From assembly GCA_047495785.1 (NCBI GenBank), contig JBLDXI010000002.1:682001-746000 (forward strand): a stretch of DNA of 64,000 nt, written 5' to 3'. Source of the stretch: Lepidodermella squamata (lineage: Eukaryota; Animalia; Gastrotricha). A program made the translations under genes and the position numbers. The notes under the pieces are model-generated. The model was not told the origin of the DNA. It saw only the letters and a list, made by a program, of their open reading frames with translations, and made no database searches. Position 1 is the stretch's first letter. Each line of letters starts with the position of its first letter. Of this stretch, positions 1-13,327 are shown in pieces.

Positions 1-299
1 CCTGTCTCCTATGTTCGCTTCGCACGTTTTTCAGTCGAAGCATATATTAGTTTTGTGGTCATGTTACAGTGATGAGAAGTTGATTCATTTTGTTCAGAGA
101 AGAATGATTCTTTTATCTATAATCTCAGCAGGCTTTTTCCTATCGTCAGCAACAAATATCAAACCTCGGGGCTTGAAAAGATAAGAGTTTATTTTTCACT
201 TTGTGGCCATTATTATTCATATTAAATAGAAGATGAATACACTGTGGGTATAAAACCAAATGTTGCGATTGAGCACGCGTAACAAAGCAAAACCTCAAA

Positions 300-1426
300 A
301 TGAGCAGAATCGATTCTTTTTTTCAAGCTACTAATTCAGGCGATGTCAAGTCAGTTAGAAGACTGCTCATCGAGGAAAGTAGCTTAACATTGCAAATAAG
401 AGATGAACGCGGATTGACGGCATTGATTCTTGCGGCGGCTAAGGGTTATCTGGAGATCGTTCAACTTTTGCGAAGCAACGGAGCGGATATCAACGCACAA
501 TTGGCGCAAGAATGTACAGATTTAAGCGAAGTGCCAGTCAAACATTCCAATAAGGGTTGGACAGCTCTGATTGCGGCAACGTTCAACGGCCATGAAGCAG
601 TCGTGCGGTATCTGCTGGAGCAAGGTGCGGATGTAACGTTGACCGATGATGGCGGTTGGACCGCATTGCATGCTGCAGCTAGGCGTATGCATGAGCATCT
701 AGTCCCGATTTTAATTGAGCGTGGAGCAGATGTCAATGCTAGGGAATGTAAAGGACTCACTCCGCTGAATGTTATCGCTATTTCTACGGGCGGAGAAGCT
801 GAGGTGATGAGAACATTCTTGAAATGTAAGTTCAAAGGTTTTAACAGGCTGCATGAAAATTGGGAATCGCCGAGTTTTTATTTAAGATAAAGATAATGTA
901 TTCTATACTCACAGATGATGCTGATGTTAACCTGGCAGATAATAACGGCTCAACGCCGCTAATGTACGTTTCCAAGCGTGGCGATTCTAAATCGGCCAAA
1001 TTGCTGCTTGACAATGGGGCTAAAGTCAACAACTTCACAGAAAATTATAATTGGTCAGCCTTGACTATGGCGACGAAAAATGGTCACCTTGAAGTAGTTC
1101 GTCTACTATTGGATCACGGTGCTGATATCAATTGGAAGACTGATGACGGATGGACACCGTTATTGAGCGCTTTGAAAGGGAAATTTGAGGAGGTGGCTCT
1201 TCTGCTCATCGAAAAAGGCGCAGACGTAAATGCCCGCGACAATAAGGACTGGACACCCCTTATATCGGCCGCGTTCATAGGCTCCCTGGAAATTTGTGAA
1301 GTTTTGCTTGATAATGGCGCTGATATCAATGCTAAGAACAAGGATGGATATACGGCTTTACGTACGGCTAAACAGAGAAATTACCCAGCAGTTGTTGAAT
1401 TATTGCAGCGACTCTCTGAACAATAA
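300..1426 (+). CDS. Ankyrin-repeat protein, copy 1 (exons 300-825, 915-1426; ~345 aa)
   Basis: Repeated GWTAL/GWTPL..AA..GH.EVV.LL...GADVN motifs. A phase-1 GTAAG..CAG intron (826-914) joins the two ORFs in frame (LK-Y-DADVN). Confidence 0.9.
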
Positions 1427-2537
1427 ATAGACCGGCCAATCACAGACAACGACACGAAAAGGAAAAATAGAATGCAAAAAATAAATCGATAATTGATTGA
1501 CAGAGCTAAAAGTTATATTGATTTGCCAGCGAAGAATTATCAAGAGATGCTTCTCGCTTACGTCGCTTGCATTTAATATAATTAAACCGAAATTAATAAA
1601 TGCTTGATATTATTATAAATCTTTTGGTTCATCAGCACTTCTGAGCCTAAGGAATTTGAAATGCCTGTCTAAAATGTACACGCTGTCTACAGAGTTCAGC
1701 TTGTCATGCAAGAATGCACTGAAAAATCCTAGAAAGCTGTTTTTCAGTTACGATGATTGTCCGGAAATTTAGAGCAGATATGGCCCCATAATTAGCCTTC
1801 ATAGCTCTAGGATTTTTACTTCGTACTTCGTACGGTGCTACAGTGAACCCCGATATTTGCATGGGGGCCGGTTCCAGGGTAGTTTGGGTAATTTTGGTAT
1901 TCGTTCATTGTCAAGCTGAATTTCTTGAATCGTCATTTGAATAATTTGACGGTCATCATTTAAAGCATGCCGTTTTGTGTTGGGATTTTCTGATAAACCG
2001 ATCAGTTTCCTGCCCGCAACTAAACTCGACACAAAGCAAACAAATAACGGATAACGGTATTCTACCAGCCGGTTTCCGAACTTTTCCCATATCTGCTGCG
2101 ATTATTTAATTTTGAAGGCGCAGGGACGAAAGGAAGGGAGTGCCCTGAGGTAAATTTTATTCCACGGTGATTTTTTGCCTTTTTTAGCTCCAGCTAGGGT
2201 TGTTACGAGCCCGGTCTATGTAGTCTACAGTGTGGTAGCCAGAAAGACAAATTTAAGCGCTGCGTTGGATTTTTGCGGTATCAATGCGTTATAAAATTAT
2301 TCATATTATAGGTTCGGCCTTTTTAACAGTTCAAAGGCATGTGAGTCCAGATAAATTCCCAGCAGCACACCTCATTGCTATGGGCGTAACCACGAAAAAT
2401 GTACAGATAAGAAGTTATTTTCGTGTTGTGGCCATTATTATTAATTTATTGAATGGAAGATGAATATAGCGAAATTGCGGTTATAAAAGCGCAAATTTTA
2501 CATCTCTAGATGGCTAGTGACCGAGCAAGACCTCAAA

Positions 2538-3926
2538 ATGAGCAGAATCGATTAGTTTTTTCACGCCACTAACTCGGGCGATGTCGGCATAGTTCGAAAT
2601 CTCCTTAGCGAAGACAATAGCCTAGCATTGGAGAGAGATGAACATGGATGGACGGCATTCATTATTGCGGCAGCAAAAGGACATCTGGAGATCGTTCAAC
2701 TTTTGCGAAGCCACGGAGCGGATATCAACGCGAAATCGACACAGGCATGCGAGAATCTAAGCATGGTGCCATTCAACTATTCGAATAAAGGCTGGACAGC
2801 TTTAATAGCGGCTACGTTCAACGGCCACGAAGCTGTCGTGGATTATCTGCTGCAGCAAGGGGCGGATATAATGGTGGCCGATGATGGTGGTTGGACACCT
2901 TTGCATGCTGCAGCTAGGCGAGTCCATGCTCACCTGGTCTCACTTCTAATTGAGCATGGAGCAGATGTTAGGGCAGTTGATGCTGGCGGATTTACCCCAC
3001 TGAACGTTTGCGCTTCATGCTCACGTAAGTTTTTCATTAATATTGTTACGAGATTCCCGTTTGAATAATGCGCTATCTTTGTAATCATCGGAGGTTCCTC
3101 GTGATTATTCTTTATATTTGAGAAAAGGGCCTATTCCTTTTATTTCTGCCTTCTCACCCTCCGACGATTTATTTCGCTTAGCCAATCTAAATAATTCGAC
3201 AATAGCTCATCCTCCGACTTTTTGATATGTTCAACAGTTCGCGATGATGTTGGTTCGGACGGTGACGAAGGCCTTGGTATTCCAGCCTTGATAAGCCGGC
3301 AGCTTGAAGTTGCTCGAGTGCTCTTGAAAAGAGGTGCCGATATCAATTGGCGGACCGCCAAAGGATGGACAGCTCTATTGAGCGCAATCGTGTACGGGAA
3401 CATCGAATCAGCTCGTTTCCTTATTGAGGAAGGCGCGGACGTGAATGCTCCCAGCGAAGACGGCTGGACCCCACTTTTGAGCGCGGTAAGAGGTGGGCAC
3501 GTGGAGATAGCTCGCTTACTTATTGATGAAGGTGCGGACGTGAAAGCCCGAAACAATAAAGGCTGGGCAGCTTTACTGATCGCCGCACAGTACGGAAATA
3601 TCGAGTTGACTCGTTTTCTTATCGAAGAAGGTGCGGACGTGAATGCTTGCAATAACGAGGGCTGGACACCGCTTATCTCGGCTGCTTTCAAGGGTTTTGC
3701 GGAAATTTGTGAGGTGTTGCTTCATAACGGCGCTGATATGAATGCTAGGAATAACGCTGGATATACGGCTTTAAGTTCGGCTCAAAGGCAGAATCGCTGC
3801 AAAGTCCGTCAATTGCTGCAGAGAAGAGATGCGACATCATGGGCAAACTATAGGACTGAAGCAGGATCTCTCATAACAGCGCGAGAAATGGAAAAAGGAA
3901 AATGGAATATAAGAATGAATCGCTGA
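2538..3926 (+). pseudogene. Ankyrin-repeat gene copy 2 with in-frame TAG at codon 6 (exons 2538-3024, 3238-3926)
   Basis: ATG AGC AGA ATC GAT TAG at 2538-2555, where the paralogs read MSRID-S/L. The rest of the frame is open, and the phase-1 intron 3025-3237 keeps frame. Confidence 0.75.
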
Positions 3927-4660
3927 CGCACAGCGCACTTGATATATTCTTACGCTTTTGTGCCTTTCGCTTGCTTATAATATCTTGTAACCTTAATTGC
4001 TTTACACTTTACATCACATGTACATATATATTGAAATTCACTACGACCTTCGAATCTCATCAATATTCAATAATTTGATAGAAAAATCGAAAAAATCGAG
4101 AGAATCGAGAGTAAAATCCTAAAGGATCAACTGGAAAAGGTTTTTTATCTTGGATAACCCTCTCAGCTGTAGGTTTTCGTCAATTTCGCGAATTTCGAAT
4201 TTTTCCTGGGAAACCAAGCATGGCATTTTGCAGCCGATTGCATGTTATAGTCCCTTTAAGAGAATTTTGCAAAACGGTGATTGGAACTCAGGGTAAACGA
4301 TTAGAATCGGGGCTTCCTTTAGTTTTTCGAGGCAGAAGACGTAATGTTTGATTTGATATAAAAAAAGAAGTATCATTAATTTACGCAGTTACTCGGAGAA
4401 TCATGATATTCAATAAACTGGCAAATCCCTTGGACAACGTCAACTAAGCTGTAAAATCGGGTCGTTTCAGTCAAATCTGCATGACGAATTTTTTATTTTG
4501 ATAATTAAAAGGTAATGAATGGCAAAACGAAAAAATCATCGATTTCATAAACCGCAAAATTTCCAGTTTATGAATAGTAGCGGGGGATGCGGGGGTAAAA
4601 CCCCTTATCGCGAAAAGTCGCGCCCCAAAAAAAGCAAAGCATCCCCCCTGCTTTAAATGC

Positions 4661-4870
4661 AGGCTGGACACCGCTCATCGCAGCTGCTTTCATTGGTTCT
4701 GCAGAATGCAGAAACATGTGAACGTTTGCTGCAACGCGGAGCGGCAAACAATGCTGTTATTCTAAGTAGAGCTAAAAGCAGCAACGCTAAATAATGTACA
4801 ACTCTGGGCATGGCTCAGCTGTGTAGAAATGATAAAGTCATTGCGCTGCTCCAGCGCGAATTAAGGTCCA
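4661..4870 (+). pseudogene. Degenerate 3' fragment of an ankyrin-repeat paralog
   Basis: Translates as GWTPLIAAAFIGSAE..TCERLLQRGA with a frameshift and a stop. The downstream 4900-5160 resembles the 3' flank of copy 3 (about 7000-7260). Confidence 0.7.
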
Positions 4871-5662
4871 TCAGGCCGACTTTGGAAAGCAAACTGTTTA
4901 CACTTCTTGGAAAGTAAATCATCGCAGTAGGTTACAGCTGAATGAAAGAAAGATGCGAATACAGAATACCTAGCTTCTTTGCATTCCCTAAATTGTTAGA
5001 AAACAATTTTGATCCAGCTAACTCTGATCCTTCTCGCTTAAATCAAAGACCAGTAAAATTTTCATGTGTAAAATGGATGTGTTTGAGAATTCACCGTTTC
5101 ATCACGGATCGGTCATATCGATGATCAATTCAAATCGTGATTTGAAGTTGTATACAAACAACGTCGTGGGCATTATTAACACCTCAGATCAACTAGATTT
5201 AACCCAGATTCTCTCAGATTTAACCTTTAACATCGCTGGAACCGTGTTAGGGGCTTCACATCAAATATGTATTTCTGAATTCACCTCGAATTTCGAGTCT
5301 CATCAATTATTATCAATCATTATTCAAGATAAGAAAAATCTAAAAATGAAATAAAAAAATATTATTATTAAAAATAAGAATCAGCTCAACTTATTGATTC
5401 ATCTTGATTTTATCTTTATGTTTAAGCTTTTTCAAGAGTTCAAAGACCTATGACTTCCCTAAGTTAAACCGCACGCTCTGTTTCATCGTCAGTAGCATAT
5501 ATCTAACTAGGGCGCAACCCCGTGAAGTGTAAAGATAAGACTATGTTGGCACATTGTGACCATTTTTATTCCTAATATTGGAAGATGAATACAACGGATC
5601 TGTGTGTATAAAAGCAAAGGTTGCATCTGTGGACTCATTCTACAACAAAGCATTACCTCAAA

Positions 5663-6972
5663 ATGAGCAGAATTGATTTGTTTTTCCAAGCCACTAACTC
5701 GGGAGACGTCGAGTCAGTTCGAAATTTTCTAAACAAGGACAGTAGCTTAGCGTCAGAGAACGATGAACGCGGATGGGGGGCATTCATTCTTGCGGCAGCC
5801 AAAGGATACCTGGAAATTGTTCAACATTTGCGAAGCCACGGAGCGGATATTAATGCAAGATCAACAGAATCGCGTGGAGATATTAGCGACGGAGATGTCA
5901 AGATTTCAAATAACGGTTGGACAGCTCTGATAGCGGCTGCATACAATGGCCATGAAGCAGTTGTGGAGTATCTGCTGGATCAAGGGGCGGATGTAATGCT
6001 GGCCGATGATGGTGGTTGGACCGCTTTGCAAGCTGCGGCTAGGCGCGTACATGCGCATATCATCTCAATTCTAATTGAGCATGGCGCAGATGTCAGGGCT
6101 GTGGATGCCGGCGGATTTACTCCACTGAATAATTGTGCTCTATCCGCATGTGAGTCAAACCGTTTTATTTATCTGTAATCTCAATGCATAGGGCTCGTCC
6201 CACCCTAAAGACATTCGCCTAAATTCAATTTGAAAACTATTCATCAGGTGTTGGCTTTGCTGATTCTGAAGATGCCGATGGCAATGAGAAGTCATCCGTA
6301 TTTACAAGCCGGCAGCTTGAAGTAGCTCGAATGATCTTGAAACAAGGTGCAGATATCAATTGGCAGACTGCTGATGGATGGACAACTCTATTGAGCGCAA
6401 TCAAGGACGGTCACGTCGAATTTGCTCGTTTTCTTATTGAGGAGGGTGCGGACGTGAATTCTCGCAGCAAAGACGGCTGGACACCGCTTTTGTGCGCTAT
6501 AAAATGTAAGCATGCTGCATTAGCTCGCTACCTTATCGACGAAGGTGCGGACGTAAATGCTAGAAACAACGAGGGTTGGACACCTTTATTGAACGCTTCA
6601 AAGAACGGACCCTTCGACTTGGTTCTTTTTCTTATCAACGAAGGGGCGGACGTGAATGCTCGAAATGGTGAAGGCTGGACACCTTTGTTGAACGCTGTGA
6701 AGAATGGACACGTTGAACTGGCTCATTTTCTCATTGGAAAACGCGCGGACGTGAATGCCCGCAACAATGACGGTTGGACACCGTTAATCACAGCGGCTCA
6801 CATTGGATCTGTAGAAATGTGTGAGCTTCTGCTTGATCATGGAGCGGAAATCAATGCAGTTATGCTATACAAAGCTAAAAACAACGATGAATTTACAGCT
6901 TTACGCATGGCAAGGTATTGTAAAAGACCAGCAGTCGTCGACTTGTTGCAGAATCGAGGGGCCCTACATTGA
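5663..6972 (+). CDS. Ankyrin-repeat protein, copy 3 (exons 5663-6149, 6248-6972; ~403 aa)
   Basis: MSRIDLFFQATNSGD start as in the paralogs. The phase-1 GTGAG..CAG intron (6150-6247) keeps frame. Tandem ankyrin consensus repeats. Confidence 0.9.
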
Positions 6973-7511
6973 ACAATTCATGAGCAAAAGGTTATGATAC
7001 ATACTGTTCCCTTGAAGCTGACTTCGCAAAGTACAATTGAAGGAAAGGAAAAGTAGGCGAATACTGGAATTAATTGATTATTTGCATTCTCTCAAACTTT
7101 GTCAATTTCAATCATCTAGCTAGCTTTGCTCAAATCAAAGACCAGTAAATGACTAATGATTTAATTGATGTGTTTTCAAATTACCGTTTCATACGTGACG
7201 GATCGATTGTACCAAGATCAACTTCAATCGTACCTTGAAACTGTGTAAAAATTTGAGCTTCATTTCCTCATTTGATCAACTAAGCCCATCAATAAGGTTT
7301 CCTTTGTTAAGAATAAGCCTTCCCAATAGCCCATAAGTGCTGCCTTCGTGAGGAAGTAACACTCATAACAGCACTTAATTAAAAGATGTTTACTACAATG
7401 GGCAGTTGAGCTTACTGCAATGTTTATGACACTACTAAGACGGCTTTATTCATCATTAAAATCCCCGTCTTTTGATAAGAGCCATCCTCACTACCATCTC
7501 TCCCGCGAAAA

Positions 7512-8175
7512 ATGCTTAAATCCCTAACTATTTTGGGTGAAATCTGCGCAATTTTGTCACTCACCACTGCCGAGGCTATTTTCGACTCAACGGCAGATAA
7601 GCGATTAGATCAATTAGTTTCAGCCCGTAAGTCTCAGCTGGTTTAACCCCTCGATCTATAGTTGAAATTTACTTCCAGCCCCAACTCAAAGCAGAAGCGT
7701 TGTGTATGAGTCTAATCGAGACTGCGGAACCCCGCCTCGAGTGATCAACGGCTACTCAACAGATGTGGTTGCTTCACTCGTCCGAGGCCAAAGTGCACGC
7801 ATTTTCTGCAACGAGGGCTACCAATTAACTTCAGGGGACGCATTCCTAACTTGCGGCCTAGACGGTACTTGGATTTTCACGGCGAGCTGCAAACGAGTGC
7901 CGGATACTGCAAATTCAAGCAGCATATTAACAAATGATGAACCTGCTAAGTCTCAGTCTCCCAAAACTGAGAGTACTAACAATAACTCTGGGAAGAGCAG
8001 TGATAAGGATGGATCAAATTCTGTGACCAGTAACAGCAATAACTATTCGGATGAAGCTAGTAATAGAACAATTACAGCATTAGTGATTGTTTTGGTGCTT
8101 GCAATCATCGTTGCGGCAGTTTTCATGGTCTTGTTTTTGCGACCGTTATGCATCGAACTTTGCTGTCTTGAATAA
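7512..8175 (+). CDS. Single Sushi/CCP-domain type I membrane protein (exons 7512-7626, 7679-8175)
   Basis: Signal-peptide-like start. C..PP...NG..C..GY.L....LTC...G.W....C Sushi pattern, Ser/Asn-rich stalk, TM helix and short Cys-rich tail (RPLCIELCCLE). The 52-bp intron keeps frame. Confidence 0.85.
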
Positions 8176-8565
8176 AAATGTCATCTGAGTTGATTTGATT
8201 TACGCGAGATGTTGGCCAGTTTTCCAGGGGGGTATCGGCCCCGCCCCTTCTTCTCATCCCATCCCCTCATCACTCGAGAGGTCCAGGCACGAGCACAAGG
8301 GGACCTTTTTGGTCTGCGAATTCGGGCCAGAAATGACCTCAAAAAACCCCTAAGACAAGGGTCCTTATTCGTACACACGCTCAAACTGTGCGTATATTAT
8401 TCACAGGTGATAAACCGCATAGTTTAATGGTCTCATTGCGGTTTTTTGCACATGTGCTAATTACTACAATTGCAAAATGTTCACACGCTACAACAAACGC
8501 GCTTTGCCTAATCGTTATGCTCATCAATTAACAACTTTTTTACTTGCTCGTTTTTTCACCGCGAA

Positions 8566-9134
8566 ATGGCCTTTGCCATCTTAGTTTTCTTTGCATTTTT
8601 CATTGTAAATTCCGCCGCCCAGCAGACATTCAATTTAGATCTGGTAAATCAACCGCTGGCTCAGGTTGTTGTGATTAGTAAGTCTGTTAGCATTCATCCA
8701 ATCGAATTTCATCTTTTTCACTTTTGTCTCGTCCAGCTCAAAATTCTACAAAACTAATCGGCAATGAAACAGCCCTAGATTGCGGAACGCCGCCTGAAAT
8801 TCCGAATGGCTACGTCTCCGAGGGCGCGGAATCAGTCATCCGTGGCGAAAGTTTACGTCTCTTCTGTAACGAAGGCTTCCAGCTTAGTTCGAATGATGCC
8901 TATCTAAACTGTGGCTGGGATGGTCGTTGGCGGTCGACAGCGTCCTGCGCCCGCAATCCCAAAGCTGAACCTATAGTTCAGGCTGACGTCCCTGATGGAA
9001 CAGCTTCTAACAATTCGGATATTAATGCTTCATTTATCGCTCTAGGTGTCATTTTAGCGGTAGTTTTTATCTTGGCAGTCGTGTTCATGGTTCTATTCCT
9101 TCGACCTTTCTGTATTGAGGCGACTTATGCCTAA
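8566..9134 (+). CDS. Single Sushi/CCP-domain type I membrane protein, paralog (exons 8566-8677, 8737-9134)
   Basis: Signal peptide MAFAILVFFAFFIVNSAAQ, Sushi domain, TM and tail RPFCIEATYA. Same phase-1 intron arrangement as the upstream paralog. Confidence 0.85.
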
Positions 9135-9571
9135 TGGAATATTAAGAGTCTTCATGTCTAATCTGCTCAAAATTCGTAAATAAAATTATCCGGAAAACTG
9201 CTGGCCATGGTTTAATTCGAGAAGTTTCAAGGATAATATGGTGGAACTGATTGATTCATAGATCTTCATTTAATTCATTTCATATTCATTTCGAGCTTCC
9301 CTGAATTCCCTGATAGAAATGGTCGATTGGACAATTCAAGGCAGATCGGGATTTTTCATGTTTTTCATGGAAGACAATTTTTTAAGCATACACTGATGGA
9401 CCGGCGAAGCTTTTCCTGATTTTCTCATCTTAAAAATCAGACAAAAACTGGATTATTTCGAAATTTTCAGAACGTACTGGGTTGATTGATTCCCGAAAGC
9501 TGTGAAAATGTCTAGAATTTTCAACATGTTCCTTAATTTTTCCAAGTGATTCAATTTTTTTCAAAGGGTCG

Positions 9572-10037
9572 TTATATTCCTGCTTAAATAAGTACGCGTT
9601 TTTTGATATTCATACTTAAATAAGTATGCATTTTTTGATATTCGTACTTAAGCGGCTTTCCGCTTACGTAATATTCGAAATTTTTCGACCATAATATTCA
9701 GCTTTTAAAACTGAGTAAGAATCATATCTCACCCAGGAAGCTGAGATAACTTGGAATTGTCAAATTTTATGGCAAAATCTGGAGTTTCTCCCTATTTTCA
9801 TCAAGTTGGATCTAAGGTTCAGGACCTTTTAGGTTTCCTGAGCTTTCCAACCCTAATTTCATGTTTTTGGATGCAAATTTGACAAGTCCAAGTTATCTCA
9901 GCTTCCTGGGTGAGATATGATTCTTACTCAGTTTTCAAAGCTGAATATTATGGTCGAAAAATTTCGAATATTACGTAAGCGGAAAGCTGCTTAAGTACGA
10001 ATATCAAATAACGCGTACTTATTTAAGTACGAATATC
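9572..10037. mobile_element. Foldback/MITE-like long inverted repeat
   Basis: About 9606-9770 is the near-perfect reverse complement of about 9875-10037 (e.g. ATATCTCACCCAGGAAGCTGAGATAACTTGG / CCAAGTTATCTCAGCTTCCTGGGTGAGATAT). ~32-bp tandem subterminal units occur in the arms. Confidence 0.8.
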
Positions 10038-10976
10038 CACTCCGTTTTTCAAAAACTAGTTAACGGTGGGGTCATAAAAGTGATGACGTCATTCAACCTC
10101 CATTTAAATTTTTTGCCGCTAATACATCTCACCACATTTAGCACATCTAAATTTACCTTAAGCGCAAATTTTGAGCTCACTCAATTTTTTCACCTTTCGG
10201 GACTTCAAGAAAATTCATTAGAAATATGAAATATAGCTAATAAATTTAAATTTTAAATGATGGCAAAATTAAAAAGCGAAATTTAACCAGCGCATCCTTA
10301 ACAAATAATTAATATAGGAAAAAATGTGCGGAAAAAAAAGAAAAATCTTCTTTTAATTGAAAAAATGAAAGAATTATTATCGAGCCATTTTTTACTAAAT
10401 TTGATGGCTATCACCATAAAAAAAATCACAAACTATCCCCACCTAGCAAATAGCCGATAAGCGTCAAAACCTGTCTCGTGTGCTTTAATCACAGTTACCA
10501 GCAAAACTGCCGTTGAATTACTTAGTAGTAGTAGTGTAGTAGTACCGATTCTGCGCGCGACTAAACGTGACGACAGCATTAAGACATCACCAGCACATTA
10601 TTCACCCTAGAGCAGCCGCATGTGCTGCATAGATTTATGTATGCCGTAGTATTACGAGACCTTGTAGCAGCAGCAGTATAAGTGCTAATGCCTAGCCGAA
10701 TTCAACGTGAAAACAATGACTGAAACTTTTCCTTTGCCAGCCATTTGTAGTATATAACATCCAAACAGCCGCAGTGTACAGATTCCTCATCTATGACAAG
10801 CCGTTGTGAAAACGTCCAAAAAATGTTATTACTCATCAAAATTGGCCAAATTTTCTCACCTGGCGTCTTTAATAGTCGAATTTTCAGCTTTATTTTTAGG
10901 TTAATTAATAAGCACCTAATGAAATCTTAGTGCGTAAATCGAAATCGGTGGTTTTCGAATCAATATCGCCGCGGAT

Positions 10977-13114
10977 ATGACTCTGGGGTCGATTATTGTC
11001 CTGTCAATTGTTGCCGCGACGTGTGTAATCAACGCACAGGACGACACTGACCTCAACTGCGTGACCCATTTGTTGGATTTTTATTACACAAAAAGCAGCG
11101 AGTTGAGAGGTGAGCCCGCCGTCCTAAAAACTAGGTCAATCCGGCTAAAGCAAAATAAAAAATCAATTTTTAATTTTTCCGAGAATTTCCATCATTTTAA
11201 AAAACTTTAGTCATTTTATTTTATTTTATTTTACTAATAATTGAAAAAATATGTTAACAATTATTTAAGATTTTTTGTTTGACATTTTAGAGGATTGTTG
11301 GGCGAAAGTTGGAGTAACAAACACCAGTGTCCAGAATGGCGATCTTTTCCTAGCGACTGGTGGTAAGGAAGTTACCGGGGCTATCTGGGGCAAACAGGTA
11401 ATTTTTTGTTTTAATTTATTTTTCCTCTTGATTAATTTTTATTTTTTTCTAGTCAGTATCGAATGCCATTTTACAGCCCAATGATTACTGGGAATTGAAG
11501 TTATCATTCAGCATTGCAAGCCCTGGACCGATATCAGGAGCTGGAATTGCTGTGTGGCTTACGACTAGAGAAGCCATTGCAGTACCCCCAGGTTATTATT
11601 AAATTTATTTTTCTAATTTTTCTATATTTATTGTTTTGCCATATCAGTGAGTCGCGGTGTTATCAAAAATAATTTCACTGGATTTGGAATAATTTTCGAA
11701 ACGATTCGAATCCACCCTGGACCTCAACCTAATGTCAGAACTTGAATATTCGAAAAATTTCTGAATATTTTTGAGTGTGTGATTTAGGCAGCTGATGAGC
11801 CGCATTACTCGCTGTTCGCAGGCTCCGGCGAGCATCTTCCGCAGTCAGATTTTTGGTCGCCGGCGTCGGGCGCAAAAAACCGCACCTGCATCGAGCAAAT
11901 GTTCACATGGGCGCCGTCTCGCATTTTCTACCTCGTCATTCACAAAATAGGATCCAATGTTCATGTAAGCGAAATCAAAGAATGAAAAGAAATGATTAGA
12001 TCATCTAATTTTTTAATTCATATAATTAACAATTTATTAAGTAATAATTGCGTAATTATAAATTTTAATTTTAGTGGAACTAAATTCAAAATTGTTGAGA
12101 TTTTTTATGAAATTGTAGGTTCAAGGTCATCATAATTTAAAAAAATTGAAAATAACCATTTTTGTAGTGTCCCAAATTTTAAAATGTTGTTCCCTAAAAA
12201 TTGATTCATTGTTTTCAATTTCAAAAACAATTTAAGGCTGAATTTTTCACAATTTAGGCTGAAGTCAATACTAAGGACGAAAGCGTCGATTGTGACTTGT
12301 ATTTTTCGCTCGATCCTCTCACGTCCATCCACGACCGCCTGCCCCCTCTCTTTCTCGGCATAACGGGTTGGACGGGCACGGAAACGCCGGCAACTATCGT
12401 GCTCGATAAATTGGCTAGCGAAATTCGAGAAGCTAACGAGGACCCGTTTGATGTCGAGCAAGAAAAGTCAAGGGACATTCTAGGCGTTTTCAACGATTCA
12501 GCCAACCTTGACCGTGCGGTTTTTCACAAATCGGTCAGTTTTTTAATTATTACCTAATTAATGCACGGCATCATTTAATTTGTAAAAATTGATTATTAAT
12601 TATTAATTTTATTATAATTAATTTCGCAATATTTTTTAAATTGTTTTAATTCAATTTCAATTTTATTCTCAAGATTGTCATTGGAGCAGTCGCTTTAATC
12701 GGTGTTATATTGACAATTGGCATGATCGTTTTTCTATGGGTCTGCAAGTTCGATGTCCCATGTTGCCGCCAAAAGCGCCGAATCAATAATCTCTCCCACG
12801 CTGCTCATCGTTCAGAGCTGTCAAGCCGCGAAAACCTCGAACCCCTTGTCAATCCCCAAGTCGCCGCCGCTAATGCGCGAAACTCACTCGCCGCCATCTT
12901 AATTACCCCGTCACATGACCCAAATCGGCCGGTCAAGCGTTACATCGCGCCACGAGTGTCCCTCGTACCGCCGGATGCGCAGATGAAACGGCAGCATAAA
13001 AGCGATTTCAGCCTCATGAAGTCGCACATCGATGAAAATTCGGCGGAAATTTACGGCGCCGGTTTGAATGCGAGCAGCAGTAAAAGCCTGAGAAGCAACC
13101 CTGATAGTGAATGA
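10977..13114 (+). CDS. L-type (legume/ERGIC-53/VIP36-like) lectin-fold single-pass membrane protein, multi-exon
   Basis: Signal peptide. Motifs CW..VG, L.L......GAIW, WEL.L.F.I....GAGIAVWLT and LFLGITGWTG resemble the L-type lectin beta-sandwich. TM near 12680-12740 followed by a long cytoplasmic tail. Internal exon boundaries are only partly resolved. Confidence 0.7.
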
Positions 13115-13327
13115 GATTTTTCAAAAATTACATCGAAATTTCCCGCGTGCTGTGAGATTGAGAAAATTGTGTCATATTATATTTTGCAAAATTACTCCTG
13201 AAATTATATCAAACTCAATTTTACTGGAAATAATAAAAAAATCGGTCGTTTTCAATAACGAATTTTTATTTCAATTAGCTGAGCACGATTTTCGGGTGAT
13301 TAAAACTGGTTTGTTGAATCTTCGAGC

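Noticed and set aside
461-3691. Minus-strand ORFs over the ankyrin genes (and similar antisense ORFs over the VFT and channel genes)
   Set aside because: They mirror codon-periodic sense genes and show no independent motifs.
300-6972. Bacterial contamination or horizontal transfer of consensus-like ankyrin genes
   Set aside because: They have frame-preserving spliceosomal introns, and consensus ankyrin sequence is not taxonomically informative without a phylogeny.
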